From: an uncultured Gemmatimonadaceae bacterium
Lineage (GTDB): Bacteria; Gemmatimonadota; Gemmatimonadetes; Gemmatimonadales; Gemmatimonadaceae
NCBI GenBank assembly: GCA_963843845.1
Contig: CAWJMB010000005.1
Coordinates: 92,160-156,159 of the forward strand
Reading direction: 5' to 3'
DNA length: 64,000 nt
Part shown: positions 14,636-23,903 of the stretch, in pieces
How positions within the stretch are numbered: position 1 is the first letter of the stretch
Layout of the letters: every line of letters starts with the position of its first letter
Translations under genes and position numbers: made by a program
Notes under the pieces: model-generated
What the model saw: only the letters and a program-made list of their open reading frames with translations
Database searches by the model: none
Told to the model about the DNA's origin: nothing

Positions 14636-17340
14636 TCAGGTCGCCGCGGGAGCGCCGCTCTGCTGGATCAGCTTCGCGACGAGCGCCGTCCACCCGGTCT
14701 GGTGCGACGCGCCGAGCCCGCCGCCGTGGTCGCCGTGGAAGTACTCGTGGAACGGCACGAGGTCGCGCCACAGCGGGTCGTCGTCGAAGCGGGCCACCCC
14801 GCCGAACGCCGCGCGCCGTCCGTCGTGCCGCACGAACAGACGGATGAGCCGCCGGGACAGCTCGACCGACACCTCCCACAACGTCAGCAACTGTCCCGAC
14901 CCGACCGGATGCTCGACCGTGAACTCGGCGCCGTAGTACCAGTCGAACCGCTGCAGCGATTCGATGATGAGATAGTTGAGCGGAAACCAGACCGGCCCGC
15001 GCCAGTTCGAGTTGCCGCCGAACAGCCCCGACCGGGACTCCCCCGGCTCGTAGCCGACCTCGGCGCCGTCGATCCCGTCCACACGCAGGCGGAACGGGTG
15101 TGCGGCGTGCCAGCGCGACACCGAGCGCAGCCCGTAGGGCGAGAGGAACTCGGATTCGTTCAGCATCCGCGACAGGATCGCGCGCAGCCGCCCCGCGCTG
15201 ACGAGCGCGAACAGGTGGCGGTCGTCGGCGCCGGTGCGCGTGACCGACGCCGCGTCGCCGACGAGGTCGGCGCGGTGGCGGAGGAACCAGACGAGCCGCT
15301 CGCGGAAGCCGGGCAGCCGCGCGAGCAGCTCGTGATCCATCGTCTCGACGGCGAGCAGCGGGATCAGCCCGACCATCGACCGCACGCGGATGTACGTGTC
15401 GGTGCCGTCGGGGAGGCGCAGCAGATCGTAGTAGAACGCGTCCTCGTTGTCCCACAGATCTTCGGTGGGATCGCCCGTCATCGAGGGGTGGTCGTTCATC
15501 GCGTGGGCGATGTAGAAGAAATGCTCGAGGAACTTCGTCGCCACGTCCTCGTACGCGGCGTCGTGGCGCGCCAGCTCGAGCGCGATCGCGAGCATGTTCA
15601 GGCAGTACATCGCCATCCAGCTCGTCCCGTCGCTCTGGTCGAGCCGCGCGCCGCTCGGCAACGCCTCGCTGCGGTTGAACACGCCGATGTTGTCGAGCCC
15701 GAGGAAGCCGCCCTGGAAGACGTTGCGGCCGTCGGCGTCCTTGCGGTTCACCCACCAGGTGAAGTTGATCAGCAGCTTGTGAAAGACGCGCGCGAGGAAC
15801 GCGACGTCCCCCGCCTCGCTCGCGCTCCTGCCCGACGCCTTGCGCTCGATCTGGTAGACGCGCATCGCCGCCCACGCGTGCACCGGCGGGTTGACGTCGC
15901 CGAACGCCCACTCGTAGGCCGGCAGCTGTCCGCTCGGGTGCATGTACCACTCGCGCAGCAGCAGTACGAGCTGATCCTTCGCGAACTGTCGGGTCGATCA
16001 GCGCCAGCGGGAGGGCGTGGAACGCGAGGTCCCACGCCGCGTACCACGGATACTCCCACTTGTCCGGCATCGAGATGACGTCGTGGTTGTGCAACTGCGT
16101 CCACTGCCGGTTGCGCCCGAGCCATCGCGACGGAGGCGGGACCGGCTGGCCAGGATCGCCCGCCAGCCAGCGCCGCACGTCGTAGCGATAGAACTGCTTG
16201 CTCCACAGCAGCCCGGCGAACGCCTGCCGCTGCACGAGCCGCTCGTCGTCCGAGACGTCGTCGGGCGCGAGCGGCCGGTAGAACGCGTCGGCCTCGGCGC
16301 GGCGCGATGCGATGAGCGTGTCGAACGCGTCGCCGAACGCCGAGGCGTGGCTCTCGCTCGTCTCACGCGACAGCCGCAGCCGCACGACGCGCTCACGCTG
16401 TGCCGGCACGGTGAGGCGGTAGCGCGCCGCCGCCTTCGTGCCCACGCGCGCCGGGTTCACCGCGTCGGCGCGCCCGTCGACGACATAGTCGTGGAACGCG
16501 TCCTTCGTGTAGCGCGCGCCGTCGGGCGACCCATACAACCGCGCCGCGTTCGTGTCGTTATCGGTGAACAGCAGCTCCGGCGCGTCGCCGCCGAACGGCT
16601 CACACGTCAGCCGGTACCTGCCTAACGTCTCGTGCTCGGCCAGCAGCTGGGTCGAGCCGTCGTGCGTCTCGAGCGCCGAGAGCGACGGGCGATCGCCGGG
16701 GAGCCCCCACGACCACGTGTTGCGGAACCAGAGCGTCGGCAGCACGTCGAGCGGCGCGGCGTCGGGGCCGCGGTTCGCGATCGTGAGGCGGATCAGCAGA
16801 TCGGTCGGCGACGCCTTCGCGTACTCGACCGTCACGTCGAAGTAGCGGTCGTCGTCGAAGACCCCGGTGTCGATCAGCTCGAACTCCGGGTCGTCCCGAC
16901 CGCGCCGCGCGTTCTCCGCGACGAGCCGCTCGTACGGGAACGCGCGCTGCGGATACTTGTAGAGCGCCCGCATGTAGGCGTGCGACGGCACGTTGTCGAG
17001 GAAGAACCAGTAGTCCTTCGACGTCCTCGCCGTGATTCCCCTCGTGCCCCGTGAGGCCGAACGGGCGCTCCTTCAGGATCGGGTCGGCGCCGTTCCACAG
17101 CGCGAGCGCGAAGCAGAGGCGCTGGTCCTCGTCGCAGACGCCGAACAGGCCGTCCTCGTTCCACCGGTAGGCGCGACTCCGCGCGTGGTCGTGCGGGAAG
17201 TACCGCCAGGCGTCGCCGGTCGCGCTGTAGTCCTCGCGTACGGTGCCCCAGGCGCGCGCGGCGACGTAGGGCCCCCAGAGGCGCCAGCGCGCGCCGTCGG
17301 CGGTCGCGGCATCCAGACGACTCCGCTCGACGTCACCCAC
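14636..17340 (-). CDS. GH63/MGH1-like glycoside hydrolase (frameshifts near 17015 and 15988)
   Basis: [72 protein letters not shown] spread over three frames. Confidence 0.88.
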
Positions 17341-17360
17341 GGGCGGTCGAGCCGAGTCGC

Positions 17361-18683
17361 TCAGGACGGCATGTCGCCGAGCACGTCGCCGAGCACGCCG
17401 ACGAGCTCGTCGATCTGCTCGCGCTCGATGATCAGCGGCGGCGACAGCGCGATCGTATCGGCGGTCACGCGGATCAGCACTCCGCGCTCGAAGCACCGCA
17501 CGAACGCGTCGAACGCGCGCGCGCCCGGCGCGCCGCTCCGCGGCTCCAGCTCGATCCCCGCGACGAGGCCGAGGTTGCGCACGTCGATCACGTCGGGCGC
17601 GGAGCGCAGCGTGTGCACGGCCTCCTCCCAGTACGGCGCGAGCGACGCCGCGCGCTCGAACAGCCCCTCGGCCGCGTAGAGGTCGAGCGTCGCGAGGCCC
17701 GCCGCGCAGGCGAGCGGGTGCCCCGAGTACGTGTAGCCGTGAAAGAGCTCGATGCCGGCCGGCGTCGCGTCGATCACCGCGTCGTGGACCGCGCGCCGCA
17801 CGCCGACGGCGCCCATCGGCACCGCGCCGTTCGTGAGCCCCTTCGCCATCGTGAGCAGGTCGGGGAGCACGCCGAAGAAGTTCGCGGCGAAGGCCGCCCC
17901 GACGCGCCCGAAGCCGGTGATCACCTCGTCGAAGATGAGCAGGATGCCGTGGCGGTCGCAGATCGCGCGCAGCCGCTCCAGGTAGCCGACGGGCGGCACG
18001 AGCACGCCCGTCGACCCCGCCATCGGCTCGACGATGACGGCCGCGATCGTCTCGGCGCCGTACTGCGCGACTGCGTGCTCGAGATCGTCGGCGAGCTCCG
18101 CGCCCAGCGCCGGCTGGCCGCGCGAGAACGCGTTCCGCGCGATGTCGTGCGTGTGCCGGATGTGATCGACCGCGGGGAGGAGCTGCGCCGCGAACGCCCG
18201 GCTGTTGTTCTGGATGCCGCCGACCGAGATCCCGCCGAACCCGACGCCGTGATAGCCGCGCTCGCGGCCGATGAAGCGGACGCGCGACGGCTCACCGCGC
18301 GCGCGGTGATAGGCGAGCGCGATCTTGAGCGCCGTGTCGACCGCCTCCGATCCCGAGTTCGTGAAGAACACGCGGTCGAGGTCGCCGGGCATCAGCTCCG
18401 CGATCCGGTCCGCGAGCTCGAACGCCGTCGGGTGCCCCATCTGGAAGCCCGGCGCGTAGTCGAGCGTCGCCGCCGACGCCCCGATCGCCTCGGCGATCGG
18501 AGCGCGACAGTGTCCGGCGTTCACGCACCAGAGGCCGGCCGTGCCGTCGAGGACCGAGCGGCCATCGACGTCGGTGTAGTACATCCCCTTCGCGCCGGCG
18601 AGCAGCCGCGGCGCGCGCTTGAAGGCACGGTTCGCGGTGAACGGCATCCAGTGCGCGTCGAGCGTTGTCGCCACGGAAGTCAT
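17361..18683 (-). CDS. Omega-amino acid (beta-alanine)--pyruvate aminotransferase, class III PLP
   Basis: [56 protein letters not shown]. Confidence 0.9.
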   Translation of the reverse strand: MTSVATTLDAHWMPFTANRAFKRAPRLLAGAKGMYYTDVDGRSVLDGTAGLWCVNAGHCRAPIAEAIGASAATLDYAPGFQMGHPTAFELADRIAELMPGDLDRVFFTNSGSEAVDTALKIALAYHRARGEPSRVRFIGRERGYHGVGFGGISVGGIQNNSRAFAAQLLPAVDHIRHTHDIARNAFSRGQPALGAELADDLEHAVAQYGAETIAAVIVEPMAGSTGVLVPPVGYLERLRAICDRHGILLIFDEVITGFGRVGAAFAANFFGVLPDLLTMAKGLTNGAVPMGAVGVRRAVHDAVIDATPAGIELFHGYTYSGHPLACAAGLATLDLYAAEGLFERAASLAPYWEEAVHTLRSAPDVIDVRNLGLVAGIELEPRSGAPGARAFDAFVRCFERGVLIRVTADTIALSPPLIIEREQIDELVGVLGDVLGDMPS

Positions 18684-18694
18684 CGATCGTCTCC

Positions 18695-20200
18695 TCAGGA
18701 CATCCAGTTGGTGCCGGCGTCGCGGTTCCACTTCGTCGTGATCTTGCGGGTGCGCGTCCAGAACTCGATCGACGCCGGTCCGGTGATCTCACCGGTGCCG
18801 TAGGCCGAGTCGCCCCAGCCGCCGAAGCCGAACGGCTCGCGCGGCACCGGGACGCCGACGTTCACGCCGATCATCCCCGCCGTCGCCCGCTCGGCGACGT
18901 AGCGCGCCGACGCGCCCTTCTCGGTGAACACCGCGGCCGCGTTGCCGTACGGCGAGCGGTTCTCCACGGCCAGCGCGTCGTCGAGCGCGCGCGTGCGCAC
19001 GATGGCGAGCACGGGACCGAACACTTCGTCCTGCGCGATGCGCATGTCCGGCGTGACGCCGTCGATGACCGTCGCGCCGACGTAGTAGCCGTCCTCCTGC
19101 CCCGGCACCACCGCGTTGCGCCCGTCGACGAGCACGCGGGCGCCCGCCGCTTCGGCCTCGTCGATGTAGCGTTCGATGCGCGCCTTCGCCGCGGCGGAGA
19201 TGACCGGGCCGATGTCGCGCCCCGGCACGAGCGCGCGCGCGTGCGCCGCGACCCCGTCGACGATCCCGTTCATCACCTCGTCGCTGCCCACGGCGAGCAT
19301 CACCGACGCCGCCATGCACCGCTGTCCCGAGCACCCGGACATCGACGCCGAGATGTTGCTCGTCGTCATCTCGGGCTCCGCGTCGGGCAGCACGATGAGA
19401 TGGTTCTTCGCGCCGCCGAGGCAGAGTGCGCGCTTGAGGTTCGCCGTCGCGCGGCGGTAGACCGCCTGGGCGCCGCGCGTCGACCCGACGAACGTGACCG
19501 CGGCGACGTCGGGGTGATCGCAGATCGCCTCCGCCGTCTCGCGCCCGCCGTGCACGACGTTGAACGCGCCGGCCGGCAGCCCCGCCTCCGCCAGCAGCTC
19601 GGCGATCCGCATCGCGGAGAGCGGCACCATCTCCGACGGCTTCAGGATCATCGTGTTGCCGAGCGCGAGCGCGTTCGGGATGCTCCAGTGCGGCACCATG
19701 CTCGGGAAGTTGAACGGCACGATCGACGCGACGACGCCGACCGGCGTGCGCTCGGTGCGGCACTCGACGCCGCGGCTCACCTCGAGCACGGCGCCGGTCG
19801 CGATCTGCGGCAGCGAGCAGGCGAACTCGGTCAGCTCGATCGCCTTGAGCCACTCCGCCCGCGCCTCCGCCATCACCTTGCCGTGCTCCTCGACGATGAG
19901 CGCGCTCAGCTCGTCGAGGTGTCGCTCGATGAGGGTGCGGTAGCGATAGAAGACCTGTACCCGCTCCTTGATCGGCAGCGCGCTCCACGCCGGGAGCGCG
20001 GCGCGCGCCGCCCGCACCGCCGCGTCGACCTCGGCGTGCCCGGACATCGGGACGCGCGCGATGACGGCCCCGGTCGCCGGCGCGTGCACGTCGACGCCGT
20101 CGCCCGGGACGTCGACGAGCGTGCCGCCGACGACGTTCTGCAGCGTGCCGTAGCGCGCCACGTGGGGCGCGGGGGAGGGGGGAGTTGCGATCGCAGTCAT
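18695..20200 (-). CDS. mmsA: CoA-acylating (methyl)malonate-semialdehyde dehydrogenase
   Basis: PFNFP, LKPSE, FVGST, GGAKNH, GQRCMA, GMIGVNVGVPVP. Confidence 0.9.
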   Translation of the reverse strand: MTAIATPPSPAPHVARYGTLQNVVGGTLVDVPGDGVDVHAPATGAVIARVPMSGHAEVDAAVRAARAALPAWSALPIKERVQVFYRYRTLIERHLDELSALIVEEHGKVMAEARAEWLKAIELTEFACSLPQIATGAVLEVSRGVECRTERTPVGVVASIVPFNFPSMVPHWSIPNALALGNTMILKPSEMVPLSAMRIAELLAEAGLPAGAFNVVHGGRETAEAICDHPDVAAVTFVGSTRGAQAVYRRATANLKRALCLGGAKNHLIVLPDAEPEMTTSNISASMSGCSGQRCMAASVMLAVGSDEVMNGIVDGVAAHARALVPGRDIGPVISAAAKARIERYIDEAEAAGARVLVDGRNAVVPGQEDGYYVGATVIDGVTPDMRIAQDEVFGPVLAIVRTRALDDALAVENRSPYGNAAAVFTEKGASARYVAERATAGMIGVNVGVPVPREPFGFGGWGDSAYGTGEITGPASIEFWTRTRKITTKWNRDAGTNWMS

Positions 20201-20215
20201 GGAGGTATGCTCAGC

Positions 20216-21268
20216 TCACCGTGTGGCGTACGACGTCGTCCGGCCCGTGCGGCCGTTCGTGATCGTGAACGAGCCGTCGCGCCGGGCCGACAGCTTGATC
20301 CACGCGCTCGTGGTCGTGTCGACGTTCGCAATCTGCGCGTCCGGCACGTTGTCCGCTCCCGGATTCTCTGTCCGGTGCAACTGCCAGCCGGCGATCCCGA
20401 ACGTTCGGAGCGTCGCGAAGGTGGCGGCCTGCGCGCCCTTGCGCACCCCGTTGCTGAACACCGCCACGCGCGGCGCCACCGCCGCGAACAGCGACGGGTC
20501 CGAGCCGTCCTCGCCGCCGTGGTGCGCGATCGCGTAGACGTCCGCACGGCCGAGCAGGTTGGCGGGGCAGACCAGCGCGTAGAGCGGCGCGCCGCTCAGG
20601 TCGCCGGCGTCCAGATAGCGGAACGCACCGTACTGCAGGAGCACGGCCGTCGACAGCGGATTCTCCGTCGTCTCCTGCGCCGGCACGCCGCCGGTCGTGC
20701 ACGCGGGGTTCGCCGCGCCGCCGCCGGCGAGCGCCTTCGTGAGCACGACGCCGTCGCTCGCCACCACGTCGATGGTCACGTCGCCGACCGCCATGCGGTC
20801 ACCGGCCTTCGCGGTGCGGTGCTTCGCCTTCGCGCGGAGCGCGGCGTACGCGTCGTACAACGCGAGCGTCCCCGGCACGCGCGCCTCCGCCTCCGCGCTC
20901 GGCTTCGCGTGGTCGATGTACTCGGCGATCGGGATGAGGTGCGCGAGCTCCATCACGCCGCCGAAGTGGTCGGCGTGATAGTGCGAGACGAGCAGATGAT
21001 CGATCCGCGAGAGCCCCGCGTCGCGCGCCGCGCGCAGAATGCGCCCGGCGTCGCGCGCCCGCGCGGGATCACCCGGCGTCGAGTTGAACGTGCCGTCACC
21101 GGGAAAGCCTGCGTCGATGAGGAACGACTCGCGCGCCGGCGTGACGACGAGCGTCGCCTTGCCGCCCTCGACGTCGATGAAGTAGATGTCGAGCGTGTCC
21201 GCCGCGCCGGAGGGAGCCGCGGCGGTGCCGAATGCGACGGCGGCCGCGCCGATCAGACACCGTCGCAC
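20216..21268 (-). CDS. Secreted MBL-fold metallo-hydrolase (ComEC/Rec2-like)
   Basis: IYFIDVEGG, LIDAG, SHYHADHFGG, AGDL, HHG motifs; signal peptide. Confidence 0.82.
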   Translation of the reverse strand: MRRCLIGAAAVAFGTAAAPSGAADTLDIYFIDVEGGKATLVVTPARESFLIDAGFPGDGTFNSTPGDPARARDAGRILRAARDAGLSRIDHLLVSHYHADHFGGVMELAHLIPIAEYIDHAKPSAEAEARVPGTLALYDAYAALRAKAKHRTAKAGDRMAVGDVTIDVVASDGVVLTKALAGGGAANPACTTGGVPAQETTENPLSTAVLLQYGAFRYLDAGDLSGAPLYALVCPANLLGRADVYAIAHHGGEDGSDPSLFAAVAPRVAVFSNGVRKGAQAATFATLRTFGIAGWQLHRTENPGADNVPDAQIANVDTTTSAWIKLSARRDGSFTITNGRTGRTTSYATR

Positions 21269-21269
21269 G

Positions 21270-22427
21270 TCAGCGACCCGTGCGCCGTACGCAGGCGCTC
21301 TTGTACTGCTCGCAGTAGCCGAGCCGGCTCGTCCCGACCTGCTTCGACTCGACGACGGCGTGGATCACGGCGCGCCCCAACACGTCGGCGGCGGCGTTGA
21401 AGATCGCCTGCAGGTCGGTGTTGTCGAGCGAGCGCGGCGGCATCGTCGTCGCCATGCCGAACACCGTGTCGCCGTCGCCGATGCCGTGGATCGGGCGGAT
21501 CGTCCGCGCGAGCCCCGCATTCGCGATCGTCGCCATGCGCTCGGCGTCGAGGTCCTCGAGTGGGGCGTCCGTCGCCACGATCGCGATCGTCGTGTTCGTC
21601 GGCGCGTTGTCCGAGCCGTCGCTGGGGCCACCGCGCCCGGCCGCCGCGCTCTGGCACTCCGCCTTCGACGGCTGCACGAGGTCGAACTCGTTCGCGAGCT
21701 CCAGATACAGCCCCAGCGGCAGGCACGTCTGCGGGTCGACCGGCGAGCCGGCCGGGTTGAGGCCGACGAGCGCGGCCACGGTGTACCCGTTCGACAGCTT
21801 CACGCTCGCCGTTCCCATCCCCCACCCGGCGCCCATGCCGACGCCGACGCGGCCGCTCTTCACCGGATCGCTCGTCGCCGCGTCCGCGGCGCGGTAGCCG
21901 AAGCCGGCGTCCGGCCGCCGCTTGAAATCGCCGCCGCGCCCGAGGTCCATCAGGATCGCCGACGGCACGATCGGCACGACGCCCGCCGAGCCGATCGGCA
22001 CGCCGAACTTGTGCTCCTCCATCCAGTGCATCACGCCGCTCGCGGCGTCGAGGCCGTACGCGCTGCCGCCGCTCAGGACGATCGCGTGCACGGCGCGCAC
22101 GAATCCGCCGGGCTTGAGCAGGTCGGTCTCCCGCGTGCCCGGCGCGCCACCCATCTGCGAGTAGCCGGCGGTCGCGCCGGCTTCGGTCCGGATCACCGTC
22201 GTGCCGCTCCGGTAGCCGCTGTCCGTGCGCGCGTAGCTCCCGACCTTGAGGTTCGAGACGTCGGCGATCGAGTTCGACGGGCCGGGGCCGACGACCGTGA
22301 CGCGCCGCATCGGCTGCGGCGGCTGTGCGCCCGACGACGCGGCGAACGCCGACAGCGAGAGGGCGAGCGAGAGCGCCGACGCGGCGGCGCCGGCCGCCGG
22401 CCCGCGGGCCATCAGTTGCAACGACAT
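21270..22427 (-). CDS. Secreted P1/S58 family Ntn-like peptidase (NylC-type NTT cleavage site)
   Basis: GGAPGTRETDLL, LSGGSAYGLDAA, VPIVP, NTTIAIVATDA, P.H...DGDTVF. Confidence 0.85.
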   Translation of the reverse strand: MSLQLMARGPAAGAAASALSLALSLSAFAASSGAQPPQPMRRVTVVGPGPSNSIADVSNLKVGSYARTDSGYRSGTTVIRTEAGATAGYSQMGGAPGTRETDLLKPGGFVRAVHAIVLSGGSAYGLDAASGVMHWMEEHKFGVPIGSAGVVPIVPSAILMDLGRGGDFKRRPDAGFGYRAADAATSDPVKSGRVGVGMGAGWGMGTASVKLSNGYTVAALVGLNPAGSPVDPQTCLPLGLYLELANEFDLVQPSKAECQSAAAGRGGPSDGSDNAPTNTTIAIVATDAPLEDLDAERMATIANAGLARTIRPIHGIGDGDTVFGMATTMPPRSLDNTDLQAIFNAAADVLGRAVIHAVVESKQVGTSRLGYCEQYKSACVRRTGR

Positions 22428-22443
22428 GGAGATCTCTCGCGCG

Positions 22444-23901
22444 TCAGTGGAAGGGAAGAACCGCGGTCGACGCCTTGTTCTGCACGAGCACCCGGTTCAT
22501 GTCGTATGCGATCACGGCCGTCTTCGCCGCCTGGTTGTACGTGAACGCGTCCATCCCGAAGCCGTTCGGGATGAACGACGGCACCTGCGCCTGCACGTAC
22601 GGGGCGCCGTCCGACGTGTTCGGGTTCGCGAGGACTTCCGTCCGGGCGACCGGGAAGCGGATGCCGAGGTCCGCCATGCGCCGCCCCTCGGCGAGGAAGA
22701 TCTCCTGGCGCATCAGGTACACCACGTAGAGCCCGTCGTCGACCGTCGTGATCGCGTCGATGCGCTCCGGCGTCACCGACGTGCCGGAGACGGTCGGCAC
22801 CGTGATGTTCCCCGCCGTCCGCGTGAGCACGAGCCCCGCACGGAGCGTATCGGTCGGCGAGAACGCGACGCGGACGTCCGACGCGTTCGGATAGACGACC
22901 TTGCCGCCGGCCCGCCCGCGGAGCTGCACGCGGTTGTCGACCACCTCGGTCGCGCGCGACCGCACGAGCGTCAGCAGCGATCGCAGCCGGTCCTTCGCCC
23001 CCGCGACGTTGTTGTCCGACAGCAGCGCCTCGGCGAGGATGAGATGCGCCTCCTCGGCCTTGAACACGGCGATCGGGCTCTGCACGGTGGCGCCGCGATT
23101 CGGGAACTTCGGGTCGAGGAAGTCGAGGCGCGGCAGGGGCTGCAGGTTGTTGACCGCCGCCGTGAGCACCGTCTGCATCGCGTTGACCGGACCGTTCACC
23201 GCGTCGAACGTGGCGTTGCGGATGAACGTCGGGTTCGCGGCCAGCAGCGCCGTCGCCTCGGTCACCGCGCTCGCCTTGTTGCCGAGTCGGTAGTACGCGC
23301 GGGCGAGCGCCAGCGTGTAGCTGTTCCGCGCCGCCGCGTCGGTCGAGAGCGTGCGCGCCTGGGTGAAGTCGGTGATCGACGCCTGCAGCAGCTCCTGCCA
23401 CGTCACGACGGCGCCGTTCGTCGTCGCCGGGAGCCCGACGAACGTCTCGCCGGCGAACAGGTTCGCCATGCCGCGAAGGAACCGGCTCTCCGCGCGGTCG
23501 TTCGCCGTGACGAGCGAGTCGCGCGGAAACACCGTGTCCAGTCCGAAGGTCGCGACGTTCCGGAGCCGCGCGATGCTGTTCTGGATCGACGTCACCTCCG
23601 GGTCGAGATAGGTGATGTCGGGCGTGTCGAATTTCTGGTTGTTCGTCGTGTAGTTGTTGAAGTAGTTGTCGGACGCGATCTCGCTGTTCAGGACGACCGC
23701 GTTCAGCGTGACGAGGTACTCGCGCTGCGCGCCGCGCAGCCACGCCGCGCCCGCGCCCGGCGTGCCGAGGAACTGCGCGTCGGTGACGTTGGGGTTCACG
23801 ACGTCGGTCGGCTTGAAGGCGTCGCACCCCGTCACGAGGCCGCCTGCCACGAGCACGACCGCCGCGGCGCCGGCGGCAGAGAGTCTGGATGTGCCGCGCA
23901 T
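22444..23901 (-). CDS. SusD-like outer membrane lipoprotein
   Basis: Lipobox LVTGC, directly downstream of a SusC-like gene; LILAEA and RQEIFLAEGRRMADL motifs. Confidence 0.78.
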   Translation of the reverse strand: MRGTSRLSAAGAAAVVLVAGGLVTGCDAFKPTDVVNPNVTDAQFLGTPGAGAAWLRGAQREYLVTLNAVVLNSEIASDNYFNNYTTNNQKFDTPDITYLDPEVTSIQNSIARLRNVATFGLDTVFPRDSLVTANDRAESRFLRGMANLFAGETFVGLPATTNGAVVTWQELLQASITDFTQARTLSTDAAARNSYTLALARAYYRLGNKASAVTEATALLAANPTFIRNATFDAVNGPVNAMQTVLTAAVNNLQPLPRLDFLDPKFPNRGATVQSPIAVFKAEEAHLILAEALLSDNNVAGAKDRLRSLLTLVRSRATEVVDNRVQLRGRAGGKVVYPNASDVRVAFSPTDTLRAGLVLTRTAGNITVPTVSGTSVTPERIDAITTVDDGLYVVYLMRQEIFLAEGRRMADLGIRFPVARTEVLANPNTSDGAPYVQAQVPSFIPNGFGMDAFTYNQAAKTAVIAYDMNRVLVQNKASTAVLPFH

Positions 23902-23903
23902 GA